Source: Girardia tigrina
Lineage: Eukaryota
Assembly: GCA_001938485.1 (NCBI GenBank)
Contig: MQRK01234174.1
Coordinates: 49,089-98,387 of the forward strand
Direction: 5' to 3'
Length of the DNA: 49,299 nt
Below, in pieces: positions 26,570-39,430 of the stretch. The notes under the pieces were generated by a model. The model was not told the DNA's origin and did no database searches. It saw nothing but the letters and a program-made list of their open reading frames with translations. Position 1 is the first letter of the stretch; every line of letters starts with the position of its first letter. Both the position numbers and the translations under genes were made by a program.

Positions 26570-27669
26570 TTATATGTCACTGTGGAACGAGTAAAATTTT
26601 TAAACTATCCAGTGAAGCTGGCCTCAGATGTTGACTCCATATATTTTCCAAAATCGTGGCTTACCTCTTTTGAATTACTGATGTTTTTTTTTCACTTAGC
26701 AGTCGTAGTTCCTGAAGGTAAAGCGATCCATAAGGTTTTTGTAGGGTGAGTAGGCCGGTTACTTTAATATAGACACGCTTTGTTCTTAGAGCCAAGTCGA
26801 ATCAACTGTCATTATCATGATGAATGACCATTTTCAAATCTGGTAGTATTGTTTGAAAGTTTTAAATCAGGAATCGTAAAATCAAGGAATCAGCGTTGAT
26901 GTATCCTTGTGACGTATCCTACAGTAGACCACCAAACACTCATCATCAGCTTCTTTCGATGAATGTTGGGCTTTGGGATGTGTTTTCGTGCTTCATTTCT
27001 GTCCTCTTAACTTGCAAAAACGTTTGCAATTATAATATTGAAAATATTTTCATAACAAATTAGAATTCGATTCTAAAGGTGATCTCATTATGATTCTAAA
27101 TTATGATCTCATTTATAACGAGAAAGCATCATCAAACAAGTATCAAAACGCTTTTGTTTATGCGTATCATGCAATCCACTTATCACAATTTTTTACTTCT
27201 CAAATTTAAGCCAAGTGATTTAACGTTAGCGATAAATCATGAGCACTTTGAAATGAATCCGACTCCACAGGTCATCATTGTCTACCTGCGTTCCTGAGTG
27301 ACTCAGAGACGCATAATTGAGGTTAAAATTACCTGTCGTTAATTTCAGGAACCTTTAAAACTTTCTGATGCGTAGTAGCATCGCATCCGAATGCACTTTT
27401 AGTGTTTCGCATGGTTTCTGGTGCTGACGTTCCACGTAGGAACTCATACTTCATAATAGTTCGAATTCCTGCCTTTTCGATTTTTTTAAATACTGATTAC
27501 TAAAACAAGTTATCAATAATTTTAATTATTTTTTATTTTTGTGTTCAATAGCCAAGAAATGTAGCAATCAAAAAAAAATAAACTGAGCAACAAAATGTTA
27601 AGACATTATCAAATTATAACTATTTGGATTTATTGTAATCATACTGACAAATTTCATTCGTTTACCTAA
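26570..27669 (-). mobile_element. Mariner element, 3'-truncated (same family as 33537-34832)
   Basis: 5' TIR TTAGGTAAACGAATGAAATTTG next to a (TA)n tract. GIRTIMKYEFLRGTSAPET and PKPNIHRKKLMMSVWW motifs. The 5' region matches 34630-34810. Confidence 0.85.
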
Positions 27670-27740
27670 TATATATATATATATATATATNNNNNNNNNN
27701 NNNNNNNNNNNNNNNNNNNNNNNNNNNNNNNNNNNNNNNN

Positions 27741-27789
<49 letters not shown>

Positions 27790-28603
27790 TTACAGTTACA
27801 AAATTCATGCTTAAGATAATACTTTTTTTTATAAAAATATAAAATAATTTAATCGAATAGAGATTTCTAAATCTAATTTTTTATTCACTTCCTGAAAAGT
27901 GAATTCATCAAACTGACTAAAGTCATTGAAGAGTAAATTTATTAAATTATACTAGAAACCTCATGGACAAATGGAAAAAACTTATTTTGTTTTCATCATC
28001 ATTATTAAATAAATTGACTTCGAAATCTCTAGAAAAATAAAATTAATGATTTAGAGAAAAAGAAATAGAAAATCGAAAATATTTTTGTTATTACTTCCAC
28101 AATGAAAACATTAAAAATTGTTTATCAACAAATTAAATTGTAAAAAAAAAATAATAAAATTTTAAAAATTCACTAAAAAAATCAAGTTGTAAAATAAAAT
28201 ATAAATAGAAACATAATAAATAAAATCAAGTGATCACAACTGATCTTAAGGTAGATGTATTCAATCATTTGTAAACAATTGAAGAAAAACAATGAAAAAA
28301 GTAGCAATTTTAATCATTAAAGGTTACAAAACGTAAGGTTGCCAAGCCTTAAACATCAAAATTAATGTTAATGTTCTCCATTTCATCAGTGGAATATGGG
28401 GATTGGGTTTAATTAAAATAATTATTAATTAATAATTGGTACTAGAAAACGATCTGTTGATAGCTTTGATTTAATTATAAGACTTAGTACAGTGTATCCA
28501 TACTTAAATGTCTTATTATTTATTACTTTTACGTATTAGATTGTGTAGTGACCTACAGTCACTCATATATTTATATTTTAATAAAATTAGTTTATATATA
28601 TAA

Positions 28604-29190
28604 TGCCGAATTTATGTAATTTCCGAATTCACGAACTCGGCAATTTAAAAAAAATTTAATTCAGTTATGAAATTGATATTAATATTTACAGTGAAAAAAA
28701 GATGTATTTAATATGAAAAAAAATTAATATAATATGAAAAAATATCGGTTTAATAAGAAAATTATGTATTTAATAAGAAAAATATCAATTTAACATGAAA
28801 AATATCATTTTACTATGATAAAATGCTTTTAAATTACAAACGTTTGCAATTCAGTTTGCAACCAAGGAAGAAGTTTTATTAACTATGAATAAAAATTTTA
28901 CATTTGTTGTTTATTTTGCACAATAAATGAAGATTTTATTCCTATTCAATTTATTTTTTCATATTAAATTGTTATTTTTCAAATTAAATTGATATTTTTC
29001 ATATTAAATACATAATTCTTCCTTTTAAATTAAATTTTTTCATATAGTTAGTGAATTATGAAAAAATTGACTAGTTCATAAATTCGGCAATTACACTATT
29101 TCAGCAAACTGTTGCCGAATTCACGAACTCGGTAAAATATTTTACCTAATTCGTAAATTCGGCAGTTTATTTTGCCTAGTTCACGAATCA
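28604..29190. mobile_element. Second copy of the GCCGAATT foldback/MITE family
   Basis: Shares the core ACGTTTGCAATTCAG...AAGGAAGAA...AACTATGAATAAAAATTTTACATTT with 8007-8072, plus the same subterminal GCCGAATTCACGAA repeats. Confidence 0.8.
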
Positions 29191-30539
29191 ACAAAAAAGA
29201 TAATTCAACAACAACAATCGGTATCATAAATTTCCCTTGTAATCTTAATTTCAATTCATCGATTTCCATCCTCACTCGTCGTCATCAGCCATTGTCAATA
29301 ACTACAACAACAACAATAATAATTCAACAAACCCAACAATCGATTCTTATTCGAAGAATCCCTCTCGAGCTCAATCAATATTTGCAATTCCAGTACAAAT
29401 TATTCGACCACTGACAACCCGTCATTTGTCAATCTCATCTTCGATCAGAACAATTATTCGGTCATTAATTACTCAAATAACAAAGCTAAGTATCGAGATT
29501 TTATATCGATTTTCTCAATTATTTGACAATCAACTTTATTCCTGTTTCTTTGTTACAGGCCATATTTGCGACCTTTATGTTAGTTCATTATTTTTCACTA
29601 TAGTTTGATCAAATTAAAATTGATTTGATATATTTATTTTATATCTTTTGTTAAAACGAGTTCAAAAATTAACACATTGTGTACATTTATTAACTTGTTT
29701 TAAAGATAGTATGTATTAGATTGAGTTAGAAAAAAGTTTGATCATTAATTTTAATTTTTTTTATTATACTTAATGGATCTGAAACACTAATTTATTTCAA
29801 ACAGTTTTATTGAAAAAAAAACATTACAAAATAGAAAGAGGAAATTACGTTTAATTTTCTAAGTTACCTATAACATTTCTTTGATGACAATAACAAAAGA
29901 CCCCTTTATTTGTCGGTTACTTGAAAAACTATCAGGCATCGAAGACCAACGAAATCCTGACTGTTATTTTTCTGATCTTTAAAAATTTTGTGGGTTGGTA
30001 GAAGGTGGTTCAGATAAATTTTTGAACATTAAAATTAGTTAAATTAGTAAATTATAAAATATGAGTAAATTTATAAAAATTCAGTGTTTAAATACTGTGT
30101 ATATACCTGAAATTAAGAGATTGTGAAATTATCGATATTAAATTTAAAAATTGAAAAATTAAGAAACTCGAAAATCGTAAATATGATGAAATTTAGAAAT
30201 TGCCAAAATTGTAAATCAGGGAAATATTGAAAATATATTAAATGATAATAATAAAAAATTATAAATCGTAAAAATAGTATAATTGTTAAAAATGGAGTCA
30301 TAAATTAAATTTGTAAAATTGTAGTTTTGAGAAATTAGAAAATGATAACAGTAAATTAAATTTTATTTAAATATTCATATTTATAATATTTTATTTATAA
30401 TAATTTTTGATTAACGAAAAGGTTCCTCAAAATATTATTTGAAAAAACAATAATTGTGTTATAGATATATTATTTGGTGTTATGATTTCGTCTCTTGATA
30501 TCGAACCTAACACGGGTAACACATCCTTCAGATAAATAT

Positions 30540-30760
30540 TAACATTTGAGATCTTCAATTATACGGATAATTTTGGATCTGGATAAATTAAACAACTCAG
30601 CGAAATATGCAGTTCTTATCTTCTTGTTAGATATTACTTTAGCTTCAGTTTTTTGCGCAATATGTAATTCTCTTCGGTCTTCCATTACTAATCCTTTTTC
30701 CAAATTTTGATTCACAACATTTAAAATTGCAGCAATTATTTCTCCTTATTCTACAGTAAT
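30540..30760 (-). mobile_element. Possible Tc1-like DNA-binding domain remnant
   Basis: Minus strand SNGRPKRIT and AELFNLSRSKIIRII resemble the Tc1 GRP motif and second HTH. Frameshifted. Confidence 0.35.
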
Positions 30761-31544
30761 CACATTACTAATTTCATGGCTTTTTAGATTGCTGCCGCTT
30801 AATATTGTAAATACTACATTCATCTTGGACTTTGCAACGGAAATAGCCTAATATTCAAATTCTTGAAATTCTGTGAAGTCAGAATTATAAATTTTTTAAA
30901 ATAAATTATCTTTATAATCACGACAAATGAACTTTTTCTTGCTTTAACATTATAAATATATAAAAAGGACCTATTCATTTTTGATACAGCAGTCTCTCCC
31001 AGACTGTAGGAATAACAGTATGAGCTATATTAGCGCAAAGGGTATTGAATCGTAGATCAAATAGAAACTATTAAATATACAACAGTATTCCGATCCTCTC
31101 ACACGGCTTCAGATATGGGCGTGCGGAATTTCAGTACAAGTTCACACATGGACTAACCTCTTTAGAATTTCCAATTATGGTCTCCAGTTTCGTGATTTTG
31201 TAAAGCATCTGCTGTTGAAACACTTTTAGTACAATTGGAAAAGACATTATATACGGGTGCGTTCAAAGCATGGGTCACTCTGTTTTCTGGGCGTATAACA
31301 TTTCTTACACATTAATACAAATTATAAACTATTATTTTTCGCAATCTCTAAACTTGACATTTATTAAGAGCATTGAGACAAGTCTCATTTGAATTTTTAT
31401 TACTATCGCATTTAGATTCATTATGACTCTCAGAAGGTCTTTCATCGTTAGTCATCGCTCTAATTGGTTTTCTTATTTCTATTGTTAATTATGATTATTC
31501 GAACAATTTTTCTAAGTCATTTTTAAAAATATTTAACTTAAAAA

Positions 31545-31822
31545 ATATGAGAAAGGTGATTATGCAATCAATCATGTAATAAAGGCTCTATTTGAAAATG
31601 TTTAACAGAGAAGTTGAGTGTGAAGCTTGGATATTAATTTTTACACAGAATTTCTGTGTAATCGATTTAAAAATTACTGGGAGAGAGTAACGTGTGAGGC
31701 CTTATTAATAAGATCCATGGATCCAAAAATTAATATCCAAGCTTCACACTCAACTTCTCTGTTAAAAATTTTCAAATAGAGCCTTTATTACATAATTGAT
31801 TGCATAATCCCCTTTCTCATAT
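31545..31822. repeat. Near-perfect inverted repeat (98-bp arms, 82-bp spacer)
   Basis: 31545-31642 versus the reverse complement of 31725-31822: 3 mismatches, no indels. Confidence 0.92.
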
Positions 31823-32019
31823 ATAAGCTGCAAAAAGCCAGTGTTAATTTAGTCTTAAAAAATATTACATAAAAATAATAATTTAAACCATTTCTTTATA
31901 AAACCAAAAATAATAAAAATGTTATCAAATTATTAAAAATGCATTTAATTTAAATTTTATTAAAAAATATTAAACTTAATTTTAATTGTTAAATTAAAAT
32001 TTATAAACTTATTAGATGA

Positions 32020-32185
32020 TTATTTTAATTATGTTAGAATAGTCAATTACCTTAACTTTAATAAAAAACCAATTTCCATCTGGGTGGCAGAATCACCATT
32101 CTAAATTCAGCATACTTAAATCAACATACAACATCAATACATTCACACATTCAAACAATTTAAAATATTCCTCACAGATTTCAGG
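32020..32185 (+). repeat. Dispersed repeat, copy B
   Basis: Core TTTCCATCTGGGTGGCAGAATCACCATTCTAAATTCAGCATAC, shared with 19646-19781 (rc) and 35893-35985. Confidence 0.85.
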
Positions 32186-32514
32186 AAACATTCAATCTAA
32201 TAACGCCTTGACTCAAAAGGATTAAATTATTCTTGAATTAAAATAGGTAAATGGATTAAATTTTAAAAATTTCATTCATGAAATGTACTATCATAACAAT
32301 TGGAATATTGAAATTAAACATTTCTTGGTCCCCACCATGAACCCCTTTCCTGAACCGCCAACCTTTAACCCTGACTTGATATATAAGACATTTTAAAAAA
32401 TGTTTGTTAAAAATATAAATTACTGAATAATAAATTTAATAAAACTTTATTTTACCATACAAAATTCATTCATTTATTTATTGCATTCTTCCATTTTTTT
32501 ACTAGTTTTTTTAA

Positions 32515-32714
32515 CACTAGAACTCCGACGTTCAATATATACCTAGTTTTACCACACCCGTCAAATTGACTGATTTTTAAATCATGACTTTCATTGTAAC
32601 TTGTGACTTGGTTTATATAAATAATATAATTCTAGAAGAATGCTTAAATTTTATCGAATCTTTTGAGCATGAAATTTGTAAACCGTCAAAATGGCGGTCT
32701 CTATAGTTCTAGTT
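32515..32714. mobile_element. piggyBac-type MITE (TTAA TSD)
   Basis: TTAA|CACTAGAACT ... AGTTCTAGTT|TTAA, with internal CCGTCAAA repeats. 200 bp. Confidence 0.7.
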
Positions 32715-33536
32715 TTAATAAACATAATCAATAAAAAAAATGTTCAATTAAAAATGAAATTAATGGATTAATTAACTAAAAATGTCTTCTTAAGTTTATT
32801 AAAGGATCCCTTCCATGACTTCGAATTATCCAAGTTTGACTTTACATTCTAACAAGAATTACCAAAGAAAAATATAAAATATACATTTTTACGTAAAAAA
32901 TGTCAAGAGATCATTGTCAAGCTTCATCACAGCGTGTCTTACTTGACAATACAAATGTCAACCGGGTGCATCTGCATCTGGATGCGTCCGTCCTATTATT
33001 ACTACCCCCATATTGACTCAATTAGTCGACTTTACTTGCTGACGTAACCATTATTATATCACCGGTAGTCCATCGGTGGCGACTTATTTTAGTCACATTG
33101 AACCGTGTTACATAAATATTAGATTGGTTACGACTTTTAAACAGAGTAGATTTTATAAATAGGTAACGATGTACTGTACGATTTGGATTGAATTATTTTC
33201 ACTAAGTAAATCTTGGCCGTAGATGTCTCATTCTACACTCTCAAGACGACCGAAAAATTAGAATGATCGTTAGTGATCACAAAATTTTCGTAAGTTCAAA
33301 ATCGACACATTATATGTACTTTTTATAATAAAATTCGATTGTTATTCATGAATTGACAATATTAATCAAAATGTTTAATTTGTTACTGCAATTACTTTGT
33401 ACAAAAATGAATACATTCTTTTATAGTTACAATTGTAACCTATAATGTTCCTTAAACGTATTATTGATATATCAAACTCAACAAAGGTTAATGAAGTCAG
33501 CTCCTGAGCTGATTTGCATTCTGAAAAGTTATTCTA

Positions 33537-33824
33537 TTAGGTCGTCAAGTATGAAATTTGTAGAACTAAAATCAATGTCACTTGATAATTTACCAATACA
33601 AATATTTGTCATTCATCAAAGTATGTAGCCATATTATCGACACTTTTGCCTTTTGAGCGGTAGCTTTTTGAGGCAATTTTAATAAACATTTGGTGGGCGA
33701 GAATCTATAAATTCTTGGAAGGCTATTTTTGCGGCACATTCAGAATTGAATTTATATATATATATATATATATANNNNNNNNNNNNNNNNNNNNNNNNNN
33801 NNNNNNNNNNNNNNNNNNNNNNNN

Positions 33825-33873
<49 letters not shown>

Positions 33874-34832
33874 TATATATATATGTTTATATATATCTGT
33901 TTATTATATCTGTTGAGTATGAAGGATAATGCAGAGGTTCAAACTCAAGTTCCTGTAGCTTTGTCACGGTTTTAAGTGCAGTTTGTGGTTTTTGCATTGT
34001 CGTGGAGTAAGATTGTAGTCAATGTGTTTATCAAACATGGTTGCTTTCTTTGAGTTTCCGCATCATATTTTCTAATTGATTGCATTAAACGTCTTCTTTG
34101 ATCGACGAATCAGGTTTCATGAAGTCATGATGCCTTACACCAAACACTCACCATCAGTTTATTTTGATGAATTTAGAGCTTTGGACTGTTTATTGGTGCT
34201 TCATTCGTATCCACTCAGTATGCTGGACATTTGCAATTTTAATATTGGATCCACTTATCATCACGACTTACGATTCAATTCAAAAAGTAATCACGTTTAT
34301 AACGGAAAAGCATCATGAAACAAATTTCTGCTTTCCATTCCACTCATATGGAATCCAACTTTTCTATTTTACCAATTTGAGCCAGGTGTGATTCAACGTT
34401 AGCGATAAATCATGAGCATTTTGTGATGGATCCGACTCTATGGTTACCTACCTGCGTTCCTTGACGACCCAGAGACGCATTAGTAAGGTTAAAATTACCT
34501 TTTACGATGTTCCTCATCCAATTTGAGACTATCTGTTGGGCAATAGTTTTTTATCAAAATACATTATTAGTGTGTCGCATGATTTCTGAAGCTGAAGGTC
34601 ACGTAGGAACTCGTCATTCATAAAAGTTTTTGTCTTTTCAATTTTTTTAAAATACTGATTATTAAAACAAGTTATCAATATTTTTAATTAATTTTTATTA
34701 ATGTGTTCAATGGCCAAGGTACATAGCCATAAAATAAAGAAACATGAGCAACAACATGTTTAGTTATAGTCAAATTATAATTTTGTGAATTTATTGTAAT
34801 CATGTCTAAAATTTTCATACCAGATACCATAA
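33537..34832 (-). mobile_element. Mariner element with both ends, interrupted by an internal (TA)n tract
   Basis: Degenerate TIRs sharing GTATGAAA.TT.TAGA with TA flanks. ILLHDNA and YPSYSTD (YSPD) lie before the TA tract; the C-terminus FNSECAAKIAFQEFIDSR...DNMATYFDE* lies after it. Confidence 0.85.
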
Positions 34833-35560
34833 TAATTCATCGCATTTTAGCTTTCAAAAAAACCATTTTTTTTCAAATGTTTAACTTTGGAGAGTATACC
34901 GGTGTAGATTAAGAAGGCAATGCTTATTTTCAAGAGATTTTGGGCCTTGAAATTCATAATTATTTAAATTTTTGATTTTACTATTGAGATTTCTTAAAGA
35001 ACAGCAATTAATAATCTATGTTAAGAAACAAAGTTTTCTGAAACACGTCAGACGATTTTTTCATATTACTAAGGTTAAAAGAATTTGAAAAAAATATTTT
35101 GTTTTATCGCAAAAAATGTAATTAAGGAGGAAATTAGTTGTTAATTTTTTCGTAATACTAAATTGGTAATTAGTCCTTTAAGGGACCCTAATCGGTGATT
35201 GTGTGGGATGTCAGTCTACAAAGATACGACGAAACTGGAATTACAAACTTGTCTCTTATTAGAATTACAAATATTTATCTTTTTCTTAATTAGATTTTTT
35301 AATATTAGAAATTCTTTCATGTTTCTTTTGTTTTAAAATATTTAGCCTCGAAATTTATTTTTCATTTAAATTTCATTAAAACTATTTATTAAAAATATTA
35401 AAATTTTATTAGTGCATAATTTTTGGGTTTTAATAATTAAAATACAGAATATGCAAAATTTAAAAACATTTTATAATTTATTGTTATTTAAACTTAAGTT
35501 TACTTATTATTTGATAAATTTAAATGTTATGAGATCATTAATTACATTATTTTTTTTAAA

Positions 35561-35985
35561 CTTTAATTATGTTCGAATAATCAATTACAGTGTGTTTCAT
35601 TTAATAACAGCAGAATACGAAATTCTAACCTTAATAAAATTGCTTGAATTTAATTATCCAATTAAATAATAGTTGAAGATCTTTTAAAAATTGCATTTAT
35701 ATTAAAGGAATTTAGTTAACACATACTCACACAAGCATATGCACACAAATACAACATACATACATACATGCAAACATCAAAACAGGCAACATTTTGGACA
35801 TTTAATTATACACACTATCAAATTTCATGATTGCAGACATGTGCTGTTGTTAAATGGAACGCACTGTATCACAAACATAATAACATAACTACTTCCGATT
35901 GGGTGGGAGAATCACACTTTTAAGTTTAGCATATCAAAATTACCATATCCTCATACATACTCAATTTAAATATTCATCGCAGATT
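35561..35985 (+). repeat. Dispersed repeat, copy C (longer, more diverged)
   Basis: TTTAATTATGTTCGAATAATCAATTAC at 35562 and TTCCGATTGGGTGGGAGAATCAC...AATTTAAATATTCATCGCAGATT at 35893-35985 match copies A and B. Confidence 0.7.
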
Positions 35986-36945
35986 GAATCATGAAACTAA
36001 ACTTGAAAACAAAAAATAATCCGAGAGATCGATGAACTTTTATGCCCAAAATAAGAACTTATTTTCGGATGTTCTGGTCAAATCACTGGAAGGAATGAAT
36101 GAAAGCGATATTGATTTTTTGTATTTATATTCTAATTATTAATATTTATTATTATTATGTATCATAAAATCCACCAATGTTTTCCACTTCTTGGCGCAAC
36201 CGAAGATTGAGTTATCCTTTTTTGAGAAAAGGAAATTGTAGTAATAAAATATTTAAAAATAAATAATAATATTTAGGTTTAATATAAATACGAATACATT
36301 GTTGATTAGGTAAGTGACTAAACTAAGTAAGGAATATGTTTGACTATTCTAACCTGTGTAAGGTTAAAGCAAGAGGGTACAGGAGATGATTTTCATAGAA
36401 CAAAATGACAAATAAAAATATTAAATTTTATACTCGTGAAGTTCCTTAACATGTTTAAACATGGATAATTTGCATTTTCAAAACTTCTTAGGTGATTTGT
36501 TTAACGATTTTGATACTTGCAAAAATATTAAGATGATCTTAGGTGAAACAGTTTCTGTTACTAAGGTTCGACCCAATGCGATCATTATTAAAATTCAAAG
36601 AAAGTTTCAAAGGATGTAGTACATCGGTTGTCAATGGTTAAACTGAATTTTCGCTCTCTGCTCGATTAATAGCTCGATTCTTTCGTTAATTCTTTTAAAT
36701 TTTCATTCAACAGTTACAGACCTTAGGCTTATAAACTTTATTTCCAATTTTAAGTAACATCGTACAATCCTCATTTCATTCGTTCGAGGAAGGTCTACGT
36801 AGTCATGGAATCTTGGGACAATAGAAAATACGAAAGAAACTATAGGGACAAGATTAGTAAGCTTAGTTTGTAAAGAATATTGTTATGAAAATAAATAAAA
36901 TAAAATTTGATAGAAAAACAAAATATATTCAAATTGAAATCTTAC

Positions 36946-39430
36946 CAGTGCCATTTTGATTGCCGTGCGCAGCTGGATAACATAATCGATTTTTGAAAAT
37001 AATTGCACAAATAATGAGGGTGACAATGAAGAATAGTAATATAACAAGAACGCAAATAATAAAGAAATAAGTTTTAGAGTCTGTCACTGGATCTTGTACG
37101 GGAGTCTCATAACTCACAGCATTCTGAGGTTTAACGACTCGAATTGTGACCCATAGGTATCGGGAACATAGTTGAGGCTTTCCTCTATCACAAGCAATGA
37201 TCACAAGTTTATGTTCACCTTGTTTAATAAGTTGAGTTGATAAATTAATCTTTCCCGAAAGAGAATCAAAAGTAAAATAATTGTGATTGTTTCCATCTTT
37301 TATTTGGTAAATAATTTCGGAATTCTCCCCACTATCCAAATCTGTAGCTTCAACAGTCCCGATCTCATGACCAACAGGGTCGGTCATCTGAACAACGAAC
37401 ACCGTTTTATTACTGGTTTTAAAGATAGGGATATTATCGTTCACATCCAAGACCGTTACTTTAACTGTTGTTGTTGAAGTGAAAGAAACAGGTTGCCCGT
37501 TATCAATAGCAATTACTGTTAACATAAAGATGCTTTGCTCTTCTCTATTTAAAAGGTATTTTGTTACGATTTGCTGACTATTACGATTGATTTGAAACGG
37601 AAGGGTCATATACCTAGAATTCATTTCTGGAACTATTCCGTACTTCATAAACGTGTTATCCGGTAAATCCTTGTCCGTCGCTACGACTAATCCGACGACC
37701 GATCCAATTGTGGCGTTCTCACTTATACTAAATTCGTATAATGAGGAATTAAATTCTGGTTTCCAATCGTTTATGTCTGTAACGTCAATCATGACCAAAC
37801 CCGTTCCAGTTCGTGGAGGAACACCTCCATCTTTGGCCAATATGGTCAGATTATATTTTTCTCTTTCTTCACGATCCAAAATCTTCTTCGTAAACATTTT
37901 CCCAGACGCATCAATTCGAAAGATCTGGTCTTCATCTCCCATTATTTGAAATTCAATTTTTGAATTACTTTCGGCATCTTTATCAACGGCCATTATTTCC
38001 CCTACATATACAACAGGATTTGTAGAATTTTCCACAACCCGAAAATGAAATATTCTCGTGAATTTTGGAGAATTATCATTCAGATCTAATATTTGAAAAG
38101 CGATTGACTTGGAGGCTGTATTGCGAGCTTGATCCGTACAAGTAATATCCGCTTTTTCCATAGATCTTTCTTCACGATCAAAACTACCTCCAGCGATAAT
38201 TTGAAACTCATTTCCACTAGAAGCAATCTGTTCCAGTCGCATTTTCGGATTGTTATTTAAAATGCAACTCACGCGGTCCGTGCCCCCGAAATCCGGATCT
38301 TTTACTTCTACATGGGCTAAAACAAAGTTAGGGGTCACTTCATTTTCGATAATAGCTGGCTCGTTAGTCAAAGGGTCGCGTTTCGTTACGTGAATTAAAA
38401 TTTCAGGTTTCTCATCATTTTCATCTTTAATATTTATAACCACTTCACATTCACCCGTTTTTCGATATTCTTCAGGCGCTCCATCAATCGCCAACACAGA
38501 AAATTGAAAATTCTTAATACCAGCATCATAATTGATACTTTTTTTCACTAACAAACTTCCATTTTCATCAATAAAAAAATATTCCGAAGCCTTCTGATCG
38601 TCAATTCTGTACGTAATTCTACCGTTATTTCCGGCATCGGCGTCACTGGCCGATACCGTTAAAACTAGAAACCCAGGTGAAACTTTTTCTGACAAACCAT
38701 CATTTCGATAATGAGGTCTTTCGAATATCGGACCGTTATCGTTTTTGTCCGTAACGTGAACAATAATTTCCAAACTTCCAGTTAATCTTGGAATTCCATT
38801 ATCTTCAGCTATTAGTAACATTTCATAATAATCCGTTTTTTCACGGTCAATCACGATTTTCGGAGCCAATTCTATTCGGCGGCTATTGGAGACGTCGAAT
38901 TTTATTTTAAAATACTTATTATCAGTTATTCCATCCTTTTCTTTGAGCATATAATTTATTTGTCCATTTTCATTAGTGTCTGGATCGATGGCCTTATCTA
39001 TTTGAATATATCTTGACTCAAATTTGTTTCCTTCAAACTCGATGAAAGTCACGGTTTTCGATTTTTCAGGCCAGCTAGGGGCATTATCGTTCAGATCTAT
39101 TATTTCAACATTAAGATGGATGGATTGGTAACTGGGACTGATTAAGAATTTTATAGAAACAATGCACTTATCTTGTTGAGGACATAAAACCTCTCGATCT
39201 ATTCTATTTTTGACCATAACGGCATGGGTTACTGGATCAATGTAGAGACAGGGGTAAAGTTTGTGATCTTCAATTATTCGCACTGGATTAGAAGGTTGTA
39301 GAACAACGGTCTTTAAATACTTTGTCAGACCTTCCACTTCGGTATTATTCTTTGGTTCTTCAACGATTTGTATAATTTCACTGGCGATTTTTGAGACAGT
39401 AATAAGCAAAAGAATAATTGGAGTTTTCAT
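36946..39430 (-). CDS. Protocadherin (7 cadherin repeats, delta-1-like architecture), large ectodomain+TM exon
   Basis: Signal peptide, six DxNDxxPxF-type linkers defining 7 EC repeats, DRE and DxD motifs, EC1 DREVLCPQQDKC (protocadherin Cys-X5-Cys), TM FFIICVLVILLFFIVTLIICAIIF. Acceptor tttttgtag| at 39440 lies 9 nt before the ATG. Donor G|GTAAGA at 36945 means the ORF-track end KISI* is probably intronic. Confidence 0.95.

Noticed and set aside
29868-29976. Minus-strand AG...GT-bounded 109-bp segment as a protocadherin exon
   Set aside because: All three frames contain stops; such splice-like sites are common by chance.
36929-36945. ORF-track C-terminus GKISI* of the protocadherin
   Set aside because: It lies after a consensus G|GTAAGA donor and is most likely intronic read-through, although an unspliced short isoform cannot be excluded.
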